From: Bacteroidota bacterium
GTDB lineage: Bacteria > Bacteroidota > Bacteroidia > B-17B0 > Aurantibacillaceae
Length of the DNA stretch: 64,000 nt
NCBI GenBank assembly: GCA_020162035.1
Contig: JAIUNM010000002.1
Location: 126,533 to 190,532 of the forward strand
Direction of reading: 5' to 3'
This document shows positions 30,236 through 40,514 of the stretch, piece by piece. A program made the position numbers and the translations under genes. The notes under the pieces were generated by a model. It saw nothing but the letters and a program-made list of their open reading frames with translations, did no database searches and was not told the DNA's origin. How positions within the stretch are numbered: the stretch's first letter is position 1; each line of letters starts with the position of its first letter.

Positions 30236-31312
30236 CTAGTTTTTCACTTTTTTCAAAATAAAACTAACAGTTTTTTCAGTTTCATTTAAATCAAACTTCT
30301 TTACGTTTATTGGTAAAACCTCAATATTTATAGATTTAGTGTTTAAATTGGCTTTATAAATGTTATTTATATTTTTTAAATATTTTCTGGTTATTGTGCT
30401 TTCAAATTCTCTTCCTCGTTTTTTAATATTCGTAATTAAATTTTCAATTGTAGGGTTTAAGTAAATAATTAAATCTGGTTTTGGTAATAAATTTTCAAGC
30501 TCATTAAAAAGTAATTTAAATTGTGAAAATTCTTTTTTTGTTAAATTATTTTTTGCAAACCACAGGCATTTTTTAAAATAATAATCTGAAATAATTACAT
30601 TATTATTAAAATTAAGAGATTGTAATTGTTTAAACCTACTAAAAAGAAATTCTAGTTCAAGTATGTATGCATATTTTTTTGGTTCTTTATAAAATAAAGG
30701 TAAAATTAAACTTTGTTCAAACTGTTCGGGAACAAAACTAGCTTTTAGTTTTTTTGTTAATGCTTTTGCTAATGTGCTTTTCCCAGCGCCAATGTTACCT
30801 TCAATACAAATATATTTATATTGAATTATTTTATTTACTTCCGTTTTATCTTTACAGTTTTTTAATAAGTAGTTTATGTTTTTTTTTAAAATAGGGTGAA
30901 CAAAATTTGCACAAATTTCTGTTAAAGGCTTTAATACAAAATTTCTTTCTTGCAATTTTGGGTGAGGAACAGTTAAATCAATTGATTCAATAATTATATC
31001 GTCTATAAATAAAATATCAATATCAATTAATCTATCTTCATATATTTTTGATTTATTTTTTCTAATTCTTCCAATTAATTTTTCAATTTCTAAATTTTTA
31101 TTAAGTATAGTTATAGGGTTTAATTTAGTCTCAACAACAACTATTTGGTTTAAAAATTTTTGCGCAGAGTTGTAGCCCCATGATTTAGATTCATAAATTC
31201 CACTTTGCTTTACAATTTTACCTATTTTATTACTAATTAAGTTTAATGCTTGTGATAAATTATTTTGTTTATTACCCAAATTAGTACCTAAACAAAGAAT
31301 TGCACGTTTCAT
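30236..31312 (-). CDS. folK: FolK (HPPK) fused to a deoxynucleoside kinase
   Basis: LCLGTNLG, FLNQIV, RLIDIDIL, VPHPKLQERNFVLKPL, then ICIEGNIGAGKST and PDLIIYL..IKKRGREFE. Confidence 0.92.
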   Translation of the reverse strand: MKRAILCLGTNLGNKQNNLSQALNLISNKIGKIVKQSGIYESKSWGYNSAQKFLNQIVVVETKLNPITILNKNLEIEKLIGRIRKNKSKIYEDRLIDIDILFIDDIIIESIDLTVPHPKLQERNFVLKPLTEICANFVHPILKKNINYLLKNCKDKTEVNKIIQYKYICIEGNIGAGKSTLAKALTKKLKASFVPEQFEQSLILPLFYKEPKKYAYILELEFLFSRFKQLQSLNFNNNVIISDYYFKKCLWFAKNNLTKKEFSQFKLLFNELENLLPKPDLIIYLNPTIENLITNIKKRGREFESTITRKYLKNINNIYKANLNTKSINIEVLPINVKKFDLNETEKTVSFILKKVKN

Positions 31313-31367
31313 AATTAAGTAAGTTGTTTTTTTAATATCTTAGCACGAAAATAAAGTTTAAAAGATT

Positions 31368-33137
31368 ATGAAACAATTCTTTGGTGCATTTTTTGGCTCA
31401 ATAATAGGTATAATTATTTCTACATTACTTGCGTTATTTTTAATAATAGCAGTTGTTAAAGCAAGCATTAGTAAAGTTTCTGAAAAAGAGGAACCAATAA
31501 CTATAATTAAAAATAATTCTATTTTAAAATTTGTAATTGATGGGGCAATTGTTGATAGAAATTTAGAAGAAGACCCATTAAACGAATTAAAAAAAATAAC
31601 GCCTCTTGGAGGAATTGAAGATAGTAATAAAGGTTTAAATTTATTAGTTCAAAAAATTAAAACCGCAAAAAACGACGATAATATAAAAGGTATTTATTTA
31701 TACTTTAAATCTTTACAAGCTGGGTTTGCAACTACTGAAGAGTTAAGAAATGCATTAATTGATTTTAAATCATCAGGTAAATTTATATACAGTTATAGCG
31801 AGGCTATGGGGCAAAAAGAATATTATTTAGCTTCTGCTTCTACAAAAATATTTATTAACCCTCAAGGTGGTATTGAGTGGAAAGGTCTATCAACATCAAT
31901 AATGTTTTATAAAAAAATGTTTGATAAAGTTGGTTTAGATGTGCAAATTTTTAGACATGGAAAATTTAAAAGTGCTGTAGAACCTTTTATGGTTGATAAA
32001 ATGAGCGAAGCTAATCGTTATCAAACCGAAACATTTTTAAATAGTATTTGGCAATCAATACTTAAAGGAGTTTCCGAACAACGAAAAGTATCTGAAAGCG
32101 ATTTGCAAAATTGGGCAAATAACTTAAGTATTCGTTTTCCTGACGATGCCGTTGGTAAATTAATTGATGCAACTGCATATGAAGATGAAGTTTTAAGCGA
32201 GTTAGCTAAAAAAACAAATACAAGCGAAAAACCAAATTTTGTATCTTTAAGTTCATACACTAATACTAAAACTCAAATATCTAAAAATAAAATTGCTGTT
32301 GTTTACGCAATCGGAAGCATAGAAAGTGGACAAGGCGATGACCAAACTATTGGAAGCGACAGGATTGCGAAAGCAATAAAAGACGCAAGACTAAATGATG
32401 ACATTAAAGCTATTGTTTTACGCGTAAATTCTCCAGGAGGTTCTGCATTGGCTAGTGATGTTATGTGGAGAGAAGTTACCTTGGCTAAAAAACAAAAACC
32501 TGTTATAGTAAGTATGGGCGATTTAGCAGCAAGTGGGGGTTATTACATTAGTTGTGCGGCAGATTATATTTTTGCTCAACCAAACACTATAACCGGTAGT
32601 ATTGGCGTATTTGGAATGATGCCAAACTTTCAAAAAATTGTAGAAGAAAAATTATTTATTCATATTGACTCTGTAAACACTAATAAATACAGCGATTTAG
32701 GAAGTTTATTCAGACCAGTAAGTAAACCCGAATATGATTTTATTCAAGGAAGTATTGAAAAAGTTTACGATGTGTTTACAAGTCGTGTTGCCGAAGGAAG
32801 AAAGATGAAACAATCTGATGTAGATAGTGTTGGGCAAGGAAGAGTATGGAGTGGCTTAGATGCGCTTAAAATAAATTTAGTTGATGAAATTGGCGGATTA
32901 GATAAAGCAATTGCTTTTGCTGCTAAAAAGGCAAAACTAGATGATTATAAAATTATAGATTTCCCTAAATTAACTAACCCATTTGATAAGTGGTTGGGTA
33001 AAAAAGAGAAAGACATTGAAAACAAAATTATGAAACTTCATTTTGGTGAGGCATATCCTATAATGATGCAGTTAAAAGAAATAATTAAAACCAAAGGAGT
33101 ACAAGCACGCTTACCGTTTGAATTTAGTGTTAATTAG
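31368..33137 (+). CDS. sppA: Signal peptide peptidase SppA (67K type)
   Basis: GKFKSAVEPF, LRVNSPGGSALAS, SMGDLAASGGYYI, TITGSIGVFG, GQGRVWSG. Confidence 0.97.
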   Translation: MKQFFGAFFGSIIGIIISTLLALFLIIAVVKASISKVSEKEEPITIIKNNSILKFVIDGAIVDRNLEEDPLNELKKITPLGGIEDSNKGLNLLVQKIKTAKNDDNIKGIYLYFKSLQAGFATTEELRNALIDFKSSGKFIYSYSEAMGQKEYYLASASTKIFINPQGGIEWKGLSTSIMFYKKMFDKVGLDVQIFRHGKFKSAVEPFMVDKMSEANRYQTETFLNSIWQSILKGVSEQRKVSESDLQNWANNLSIRFPDDAVGKLIDATAYEDEVLSELAKKTNTSEKPNFVSLSSYTNTKTQISKNKIAVVYAIGSIESGQGDDQTIGSDRIAKAIKDARLNDDIKAIVLRVNSPGGSALASDVMWREVTLAKKQKPVIVSMGDLAASGGYYISCAADYIFAQPNTITGSIGVFGMMPNFQKIVEEKLFIHIDSVNTNKYSDLGSLFRPVSKPEYDFIQGSIEKVYDVFTSRVAEGRKMKQSDVDSVGQGRVWSGLDALKINLVDEIGGLDKAIAFAAKKAKLDDYKIIDFPKLTNPFDKWLGKKEKDIENKIMKLHFGEAYPIMMQLKEIIKTKGVQARLPFEFSVN

Positions 33138-33147
33138 TTTTAAAAAT

Positions 33148-33960
33148 ATGAGAACAACTGAACAAGATTCAAATTACAATAATTTAGAACTAATGAGTAT
33201 TGATGAGCTACTTGTAAACATTAATACAGAGGACCAAAGTGTTCCTTTAGCAATTAAAAAAGCCTTGCCTCAAATTAAAAATTTAATTGAGCAAATTGTA
33301 TTAAAATTAAAGTCAGGTGGAAGATTATTTTACATTGGTGCTGGCACAAGCGGAAGATTAGGTATTGTTGATGCTAGCGAATGCCCTCCTACATACGGAA
33401 TAGAGCATGGTATTGTAATAGGTTTAATTGCTGGCGGAGATGTTGCTATTAGAAAAGCTGTTGAGTTTGCAGAAGATGATATTAACCAAGGATGGATAGA
33501 TTTACAAGAACACCAAATTTCTGAAAAAGATGTTGTAGTTGGTATTGCTGCTTCTGGTAGCACACCTTATGTTGTTGGGGCTTTGAGTGATTGTAATAAA
33601 AACAACATTACAACCGGATGCATTGTTTGTAACACAAACAGTAAAGTTGCTGCAGTTTCAAAATTTCCAATTGAAGTTGTAGTTGGGCCAGAATTTGTAA
33701 CAGGCAGCACTCGCATGAAAAGTGGCACTGCGCAAAAATTAGTTTTAAATATGCTTTCTACTGTTTCAATGATTCAACTTGGTAAAGTAAAAGGAAATAA
33801 AATGGTAGATATGCAATTAACTAACGAAAAATTAGTTGATAGAGGAACAAACATGCTTATGCGCAATGCAAATATTTCTAATTACGAATTAGCAAAAGAA
33901 TTGTTACTTAAATATGGTAGCGTTAGAAAAGCAACTGAAGCCTATTTATTAAATAAATAG
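33148..33960 (+). CDS. murQ: N-acetylmuramic acid 6-phosphate etherase
   Basis: TTEQ, GAGTSGRLG.VDASECPPT, GPEFVTGSTRMKSGTAQKLVLNM. ATG at 33148 preferred to the tracked GTG at 33118, which overlaps sppA. Confidence 0.96.
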   Translation: MRTTEQDSNYNNLELMSIDELLVNINTEDQSVPLAIKKALPQIKNLIEQIVLKLKSGGRLFYIGAGTSGRLGIVDASECPPTYGIEHGIVIGLIAGGDVAIRKAVEFAEDDINQGWIDLQEHQISEKDVVVGIAASGSTPYVVGALSDCNKNNITTGCIVCNTNSKVAAVSKFPIEVVVGPEFVTGSTRMKSGTAQKLVLNMLSTVSMIQLGKVKGNKMVDMQLTNEKLVDRGTNMLMRNANISNYELAKELLLKYGSVRKATEAYLLNK

Positions 33961-34140
33961 TCGCCCCTCAATAATCTGAAAGCATTGATATTAGAAGGCT
34001 TATTGAAAAAATATGGTATAAAAATCTGCCAAAAAAACAAAAAACTTATTTAAAAAGCGGCAGATTTGCTTAAACCAATTATGCCATTATAAAATTTAGT
34101 GTAAAAGTCTTTTTGTTTTTAAATGAGTGGACTGTGTGAA

Positions 34141-34296
34141 AGATGATTTTGCCTCTCGCGAAGCGCCTGTCTGCCGACAAGGCAGGCTTAAATCATCTAG
34201 CTTTAACGCAAAAAAGACTTTAGCTAAATTTTATGAAGGCTTGATTTCCTGTCTACAGCAGGCAGGTTTGGTTCTTTTGTATCAAGACAAAAGAAC
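34141..34296. repeat. GC-rich intergenic palindromic repeat mosaic (REP/MITE-like)
   Basis: AGATGATTT/AAATCATCT inverted repeat (34141-49/34190-98); two CCTGTCT..GGCAGG palindromes (34166-86, 34248-66); 10-bp hairpin GTTCTTTTGT-ATCAAG-ACAAAAGAAC (34271-96). Confidence 0.7.
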
Positions 34297-34393
34297 GAAG
34301 ATAATTTTTAAAAAATACTTTTTAAGTGTCGACTAAATAAAATATTATGCTTTGTTTAAATTCAAAACATAATATTTTATAACTCCAATTAAA

Positions 34394-37300
34394 TTATTTT
34401 AAAATACTAACGTGTCCTTTTTTAGTGTATTTTTTACCATCAAGGGCTATGTAATTTAATAAATATACATACACATCACTTTTACAAATTACTCCTTTAT
34501 ATGACCCATCCCAACCTACATTAATATCTTTAGTGTAAAATAATTTTTCGCCCCATCTATCAAACACAGTTAATTCAATTTTTTGAATACCAGTTCCATA
34601 AATCATAAATAAATCATTTTTACCATCTTCATTTGGTGTAAAGCTATTTGGTATATATAAATTATGATTTTTAGTAACATCAATATTTAATTGATCGCGT
34701 GCTATACAACCTTTATTACTAATTGCTTCTATAATATATAAACCAGAATTACTTGTAATTACTTGAGTTGTTGGGCATGGAGCACAAACTATACCTTCTC
34801 CAGCAATCCAAGTTAAAGTACCCGTTCCGCTTGCTGTAATTAATATTGGCTCGTCTGCATTTATTACTTGATCATCTCCCGCTGTAACTGATGGTAATGG
34901 ATTTACTTTTACGGTAACCGTTTTTGTTACAGGACAGTTACTCATATTTGAAACAGAAACAATGTATTCTGTAGTTTTTTTAGGACTTGCAATTGGACTT
35001 GCAATATTAGGGTCATTTAAGCCATCAACAGGTAACCATTTGTATGTATTACTTCCTGATGATGTTAATTGAGTAGATTCTCCCAAACAAATTTCAACAC
35101 TACTACTTATTGATGCATCTATCGTAGGAACAACTTCAACAAAAACCATTTTAGTTACACCACAACTTAAAGTACCACTTAGGTTGTAACCTATTACAGT
35201 GTATGTTGTTCCTGCAGTAGGTTGAGCTACACCTACATTCCCAGCAGCATTTATTGAAATATTAGTATTTGGTGCCCAGCTATAAAATTGTGCACCATTA
35301 CCTACTATTGTAGTATTATCGCCAAAACATATTCCAGTTTTTGAAATGCTTAAATTAAAATTAGGGCGAGGTGTTACAGAAACAATAACTGTTGCTTTTC
35401 CAGAACACTCTCCATTATTTCCTGTTAAAGTATAAATTGTTGTTACTTGTGGTAAAGAGGTTGTACTGTTTCCAAATTGGTAATTTACACTATGCGCTGG
35501 CTCCCATGTGTATGTTGTAGCTCCGCTTGCATTTAAAAGTACTTGTTCTCCAACACAAATATTTCCGTTTGAAGCTGTAGGATTTAATACTGGCATAGGA
35601 ATTACAGTTACTTCTTTAGTAGTACTTGCTGTACACGTTGCTGCTTCGCCTATTAACGTATATAAAGTATTAACTACTGGCGATGCAGATACATTAGCAC
35701 CAAATGCCGAACTTAAACTAGATGAAGGACTCCAAGTATAATTTGTAGCACCTGATGCAGTTAAATTTATAGATGTGCCTGAACAAACTGTTGCTGTGGC
35801 TGGTAATATATTTAAAATTGGTAAAGGTAAAACTGTTACAGTTGGGTTAACTGAAGCGCTATTACAATTTAAACTTGTTCCAAATACGCTATATACCGTT
35901 GTTACTGATGGGTTTGCAGTAACAGATGCACCACTATTTGAACTTAAAGATGCACCGCTCCAAACATATCCTATAGCGCCTGATGCACTTATAACTGTAT
36001 TAGTTTGAGCACACATACTTGCAGATACCGCAGTAATTACAGGATTTGCAAGTATTGTTAATGGGTATGTTAATGTATTGCTACACGAACTTGCGGCAGT
36101 TGCACTTACGGTTACAGTAATATTTGTAGGCACTGTAACATTTGATGTCATTGTTAAGGTAGAAAAATTTGGGTTACTTGTAGTAACGCTTGATGGTGCA
36201 ACCCAACTATATGTTGATGCGCCACTAGCTGTAATTGTTGCTGTATTTATAGAGCCATTTAAGCCTTGCGCACAAAGATTATTTGAACCTGCTATTGACA
36301 ATACAGGTAATGCAATTGCAGAAGCTGTTGTAACAGCAATGTTTGTACAACTAACATTATTTGTTACAATTACAGAGTAATTTCCGCTTGTTGCAACACT
36401 CATATTTAATACAGTTGGACTTTGTACCGAAGATGTAAAACTACTTGGCCCAGACCAAGCATACGATGTGCCGCCTGTTGCCGTTAAAACAAGTGAATTA
36501 TTTACACATGCTGTTGGACTATTAATTGTAATTATAGGTGCTGGTTTAATAAATACAACAGCTGTGTTAGTTGCTGTAACTCCCATTGCATCTGCAATTA
36601 TAATTGAATATGTTGTTGTTGTTGTTGGACAAACTGTATGTGTTCCTGCCCCAGACCCAATATTTGGAATCCACGTGTAAGTATAAGGGCCAGTACCTCC
36701 AGAGGCTGTAGCGCTTAATGTCGCACAAGCACCCGGGCAAATACTTGAACTTGGAACAACAACGTTTGGAGAACAACTTATTGCTGTTACAACAATTGAA
36801 GAAGTACCAACATTACAAGGGCTACCTGATAATAAAGTAACAGTATAAACACCAGGGTTTGTAAATACATGTGTAGGATACGTTACAGTTGAAGTATTAG
36901 AAGCTCCTGAAAGCGGATCGCCAAAGTTCCAAGTAAATGTTGGAGATGCTGTACTAGATGGACAACCACTAACCGTCCCACCACCAGTAGGAGGTGCAAA
37001 TTGCCCTGTTAAACAAACCATTGTAGCAGTTATTGGCCCTGCAGGAACTGTTAAATAAGACTGAATAAAAGTAGGTAAACCATATTGAGAAGTACCCGAG
37101 GTTAATGTTACTCCATTTTGATTATAACCACAACCAACCCCCAAAACGTTAGGATTATTAATAACAGCTAACTGATTTGAAGCCGCTCTACAAATATAAA
37201 TTTTTCCATTAGGACCAAGTTGCATTGAACCGTGGGTATTACCTCCACTACCTACCATTAATGCAGAACCAACAACACCTGCTGCGGAAGCCTGACATAA

Positions 37301-38167
37301 ATCCCATTGGTAAACTTGATTACTGCTTGCCCATTTACTTCCATATAATATTTTACTATCAGGCGAAAATTCTAAGCCATACATAGGCACTAAACCTGCA
37401 TTACCAGCTAAATTAATTACATTATTTATTACTCCTGTTGAATTATTAAAATCAGCTACATGTAATGCAAATGGTGAATTAGATGCGCAATAAGCAATTT
37501 TTTTGCCATTTGGCGATACTTTCATAGCCCCTACAACATTTCCACTAGTTGGTGCGCCAGCAGAACTAACAACAGGCGTTAAACTAACTCCAGTTGCTGT
37601 AACTAAAAAGGCTTTATAATCACTATTAGTATAATCATGTACAATAACCCATACATCAATCCCATTACAATGCCTTACTGCTGTTAATTTTTCAGAAATA
37701 TTATTTTGAATAACTATATTTTTAACGCCAGCAATTACATTTCCCCAAGGTGCATTTAAAGTCATATCAACTTCAGAATAAGATAATGTACCTGGTGAGA
37801 AATTTGAACTTGAACAAAACACATAATAACGATTAGCCATACCTGGGCGAGGCACTATTATAGCCGCTTGAGTTGTAGATGAGTTTCCAAATAACCCCAT
37901 GCCATTTGGCATTGGTACATTGTTTGCTCCCCAAATTGTTGCTCCTGATGTGTAAAATGCTAAGTTTCCGTTTGGTAAGCCAATACTCGCACAACCTTCA
38001 AACGTGTTCATTGCGCTTCCTGGGGTAGAAACGGGGTTTCCTCCACCAGGAAAATTTAATGCTGCATTGGCACCAAAGTTCCAACGCCAAGTTTCGCCTT
38101 GACTAAAAAGATTTACAGTGCTTACTATAAAGCAAAATAAGGCTAAAAGTTTAGTTTTAAATTTCAT
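34394..38167 (-). CDS. Large T9SS-secreted protein: beta-propeller-like N-terminus, PKD/Ig-like repeats, gliding-motility-associated (type B) CTD
   Basis: WRWNFG, ISEKLTAVRHCNG.D.WV, MQLGPNGKIY, FTWNFGDP...PTHVF (PKD), Thr-rich Ig repeats, LYIPNSFTPNEDGKNDLF..FDRWG..WDG. Confidence 0.92.
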   Translation of the reverse strand: MKFKTKLLALFCFIVSTVNLFSQGETWRWNFGANAALNFPGGGNPVSTPGSAMNTFEGCASIGLPNGNLAFYTSGATIWGANNVPMPNGMGLFGNSSTTQAAIIVPRPGMANRYYVFCSSSNFSPGTLSYSEVDMTLNAPWGNVIAGVKNIVIQNNISEKLTAVRHCNGIDVWVIVHDYTNSDYKAFLVTATGVSLTPVVSSAGAPTSGNVVGAMKVSPNGKKIAYCASNSPFALHVADFNNSTGVINNVINLAGNAGLVPMYGLEFSPDSKILYGSKWASSNQVYQWDLCQASAAGVVGSALMVGSGGNTHGSMQLGPNGKIYICRAASNQLAVINNPNVLGVGCGYNQNGVTLTSGTSQYGLPTFIQSYLTVPAGPITATMVCLTGQFAPPTGGGTVSGCPSSTASPTFTWNFGDPLSGASNTSTVTYPTHVFTNPGVYTVTLLSGSPCNVGTSSIVVTAISCSPNVVVPSSSICPGACATLSATASGGTGPYTYTWIPNIGSGAGTHTVCPTTTTTYSIIIADAMGVTATNTAVVFIKPAPIITINSPTACVNNSLVLTATGGTSYAWSGPSSFTSSVQSPTVLNMSVATSGNYSVIVTNNVSCTNIAVTTASAIALPVLSIAGSNNLCAQGLNGSINTATITASGASTYSWVAPSSVTTSNPNFSTLTMTSNVTVPTNITVTVSATAASSCSNTLTYPLTILANPVITAVSASMCAQTNTVISASGAIGYVWSGASLSSNSGASVTANPSVTTVYSVFGTSLNCNSASVNPTVTVLPLPILNILPATATVCSGTSINLTASGATNYTWSPSSSLSSAFGANVSASPVVNTLYTLIGEAATCTASTTKEVTVIPMPVLNPTASNGNICVGEQVLLNASGATTYTWEPAHSVNYQFGNSTTSLPQVTTIYTLTGNNGECSGKATVIVSVTPRPNFNLSISKTGICFGDNTTIVGNGAQFYSWAPNTNISINAAGNVGVAQPTAGTTYTVIGYNLSGTLSCGVTKMVFVEVVPTIDASISSSVEICLGESTQLTSSGSNTYKWLPVDGLNDPNIASPIASPKKTTEYIVSVSNMSNCPVTKTVTVKVNPLPSVTAGDDQVINADEPILITASGTGTLTWIAGEGIVCAPCPTTQVITSNSGLYIIEAISNKGCIARDQLNIDVTKNHNLYIPNSFTPNEDGKNDLFMIYGTGIQKIELTVFDRWGEKLFYTKDINVGWDGSYKGVICKSDVYVYLLNYIALDGKKYTKKGHVSILK

Positions 38168-38174
38168 GTTTAGT

Positions 38175-38573
38175 TTATTCTATTATTAACACTAGTTTAT
38201 TTGAATCTACCGATTGTATTTTGTAAGTTTTACTTTTATTTTCTGAAGTTAGAATTAGTTTATCATTAGATAACTGCCAAGTTCCTTGCTCGCTTGTCTG
38301 CGGGTCGCTATTTTTAGTTTTTAAACTTTCGGCTTTGTATTGGTTATTGCCGGCGATATTTAATTTACCTGGATCAAAAGCAAAATAATCTTTCCCAACA
38401 ATTACTTTATATTCTGTTAAATGGAACACTAATGTTGTTGCATTAGTCTCTTCTTTTGGCCACTCGAACCATTGCTTTTGTAGTAATGTAGTATTTATAC
38501 TTGTGTTGGTTTGCGCTGTAGTTTTTTGCGAAAAAATAAGGAAAATAAATACTAAATAAACAAGTTTTTTCAT
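38175..38573 (-). CDS. Hypothetical secreted protein (lipocalin-like)
   Basis: Signal peptide ending in Q, GTWQL, C-terminal KTYKIQSVDSNKLVL. Confidence 0.7.
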   Translation of the reverse strand: MKKLVYLVFIFLIFSQKTTAQTNTSINTTLLQKQWFEWPKEETNATTLVFHLTEYKVIVGKDYFAFDPGKLNIAGNNQYKAESLKTKNSDPQTSEQGTWQLSNDKLILTSENKSKTYKIQSVDSNKLVLIIE

Positions 38574-38713
38574 AGGGTTAATTTTACACCCTAAAAATAC
38601 AATCCTAATTGTTAAATTACCAATTCTTTAATCATTAATTAGCTATTCTCACTCAATTATTTGGTGTTTATTTTAAAAAATAAAAAAACTCACTTTTTAT
38701 TTAACTATAAGTG

Positions 38714-39490
38714 TTAATTTTTTTTATCCTTTTTTATTTCAGAAAGTTCAACTTTTAAGCCTCTTAACATATTCATAATGCTATTTAAGTTTAACTCATC
38801 TTCGCCATATTGACCCATATTTATACAACAAGTATATTCCCAAAGTTCTAAAACATCTTCAGTTTTTACTTTATAAGGTTGGTAAATTTTATTATCACTG
38901 TGCAATTCTATTTCTTTACGTGTGGCATTCATAATACGTTTGTAAGATAAGCCGTCATCTTTAGTAACTACAACGTAAGTGTTACCCAATTTTAAATCTT
39001 CCATTTTTTCAATGTGTTTACCAATAACAAAAGATCCATCTTTTATTGGAGGCATACTATCTCCTTTAATAGGAAATGCTCTGTGCTTGCCTGTTGGCAA
39101 AAAGGGTAATTTCATTTTTGGTAACCGTTCAATATAATCTGGGTCAGAGTATCCTCTTAAATAGCCTGCTTGTGCTTTTACCGGTATTAATTCAACCATG
39201 TCATTTCCTTCACTATCAATTAAAATTGGGAAAAGTATCCTGTTTTTACCAACTTTCATCAAACCATCTAAATTGGTTTTTTTTAAATCGCCACGGATTA
39301 AAGCATCTATTGCTACATGAAAATATTCCGACAAACGAATTAATAAATCTATTGGGGGTTCATTTCTTGCCTCTTCGTACCCACCAACTCTAGAGCGTGT
39401 TATGTTTAATTCATCGGCCAATTGTTCTTGCGATAAACCGCGCAATTGACGTAAAAACCTAATGTTTGATGCAATTTTATTTAAACCCAT
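38714..39490 (-). CDS. LexA/CI-like repressor (XRE HTH + S24 peptidase)
   Basis: NIRFLRQLRGLSQEQLADEL..YEEARNEPP HTH; Ala-Gly site KAQAGY; catalytic Ser in KGDSMPP and Lys in SYKRI. Confidence 0.92.
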   Translation of the reverse strand: MGLNKIASNIRFLRQLRGLSQEQLADELNITRSRVGGYEEARNEPPIDLLIRLSEYFHVAIDALIRGDLKKTNLDGLMKVGKNRILFPILIDSEGNDMVELIPVKAQAGYLRGYSDPDYIERLPKMKLPFLPTGKHRAFPIKGDSMPPIKDGSFVIGKHIEKMEDLKLGNTYVVVTKDDGLSYKRIMNATRKEIELHSDNKIYQPYKVKTEDVLELWEYTCCINMGQYGEDELNLNSIMNMLRGLKVELSEIKKDKKN

Positions 39491-39510
39491 ATATTTTATT
39501 TTAATTAATT

Positions 39511-39548
39511 ACTATATTTTATAGTTTAAAATTACTACTTATTATAGT
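39511..39548. promoter_or_regulatory. Candidate tandem operator ACTA-N7-TAGT
   Basis: ACTATATTTTATAGT (39511-25, 6-3-6 palindrome) and ACTACTTATTATAGT (39534-48), 23 bp apart, 20-58 bp upstream of the repressor ATG. Confidence 0.5.
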
Positions 39549-39807
39549 ATTTTACAAACATATATTGTTAATTTTTATTGCATGTAAAAAATAACCCATT
39601 TTTGAAGCTTATATTAAACTACATTTCAAAAATCATAAGTTTTTCTTTTATTAACAAGTAATCGTTTGATTATCAATAATTTAAAAACAATTAGCAAATA
39701 AAAAAATTACAATTTGTTAAAATCTATTAATTTATTTAAAAGTATTTTGCTTTGAATGATACATTTTTTTGTATAATTGTATATTAATTAACAAGTTAAA
39801 TGTAATT

Positions 39808-40491
39808 ATGAAAAACTTTAAATTGTTTTTACTTGGTTTTTTTGCATTGATTTTATGTGGAAAAATTGATGCTCAAATAAAAACTAAAACCGAAAATAAA
39901 AGCTCTGCTAAAAAAAGTGGATTTCAAAAATTTATGTCTGAAACCCCTTGGACATTTGGAATTAGCGGACATGTTGTAGATGATGATGGTAAACCATTTC
40001 AAAATTTATTTAACCCAAGTACGGCTTGGAATTTTTTATATTACCCATCTAGATTAACTATTGACAAATATTACAAAGATGGTTTTTCTTTTCAACTTGA
40101 GTTTGCTTATAACCAATTTACTAGTGGCAAAAGCATAAACAATGAAGTGATAAAAACAAATTGGGCATTTTTTTCAAGTGATCTTAACGCGAAATTTGAT
40201 TTAAACGAATTAATGGGGCCTACCAATTGGTTTGACCCTTATGTAGCTTTAGGTATGGGTTTTACTTCAAGAAGTGGAGCATCAAACCCAAGTACAATAA
40301 CATCAAACATGGGGCTTGGGGCTAACTTTTGGATTTACGAGAACTTAGGTTTTAGTTTACAAACAATGGCTAAATTTTCGATGATTGAAGGCACATCTAA
40401 TTACCTACATCATTCAGTTGGTTTAGTTTATAAAATAAAAAGTGGCCCCGGATGCGGTCGTTTAGGTAAATTAAATAGATTTTCAAACTAA
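39808..40491 (+). CDS. Outer membrane beta-barrel protein (OmpA-membrane-domain-like)
   Basis: ATG at 39808 gives MKNFKLFLL...AQ, a signal peptide. PSRLT, FDPYVALGMG, GLGANFWIYE. Confidence 0.78.
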   Translation: MKNFKLFLLGFFALILCGKIDAQIKTKTENKSSAKKSGFQKFMSETPWTFGISGHVVDDDGKPFQNLFNPSTAWNFLYYPSRLTIDKYYKDGFSFQLEFAYNQFTSGKSINNEVIKTNWAFFSSDLNAKFDLNELMGPTNWFDPYVALGMGFTSRSGASNPSTITSNMGLGANFWIYENLGFSLQTMAKFSMIEGTSNYLHHSVGLVYKIKSGPGCGRLGKLNRFSN

Positions 40492-40514
40492 AAAATTATT
40501 TAACTGCATAAATT

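Noticed and set aside
33961-34120. Possible gene remnant after murQ
   Set aside because: Short open stretches with no start codon or recognisable motif; cannot be supported.
34127-34336. 69-aa ORF
   Set aside because: It is simply a translation of the palindromic repeat mosaic and has atypical composition.
35508-36776. Several short plus- and minus-strand ORFs
   Set aside because: Shadows of the Thr/Ala-rich repeats of the 1257-aa T9SS protein.
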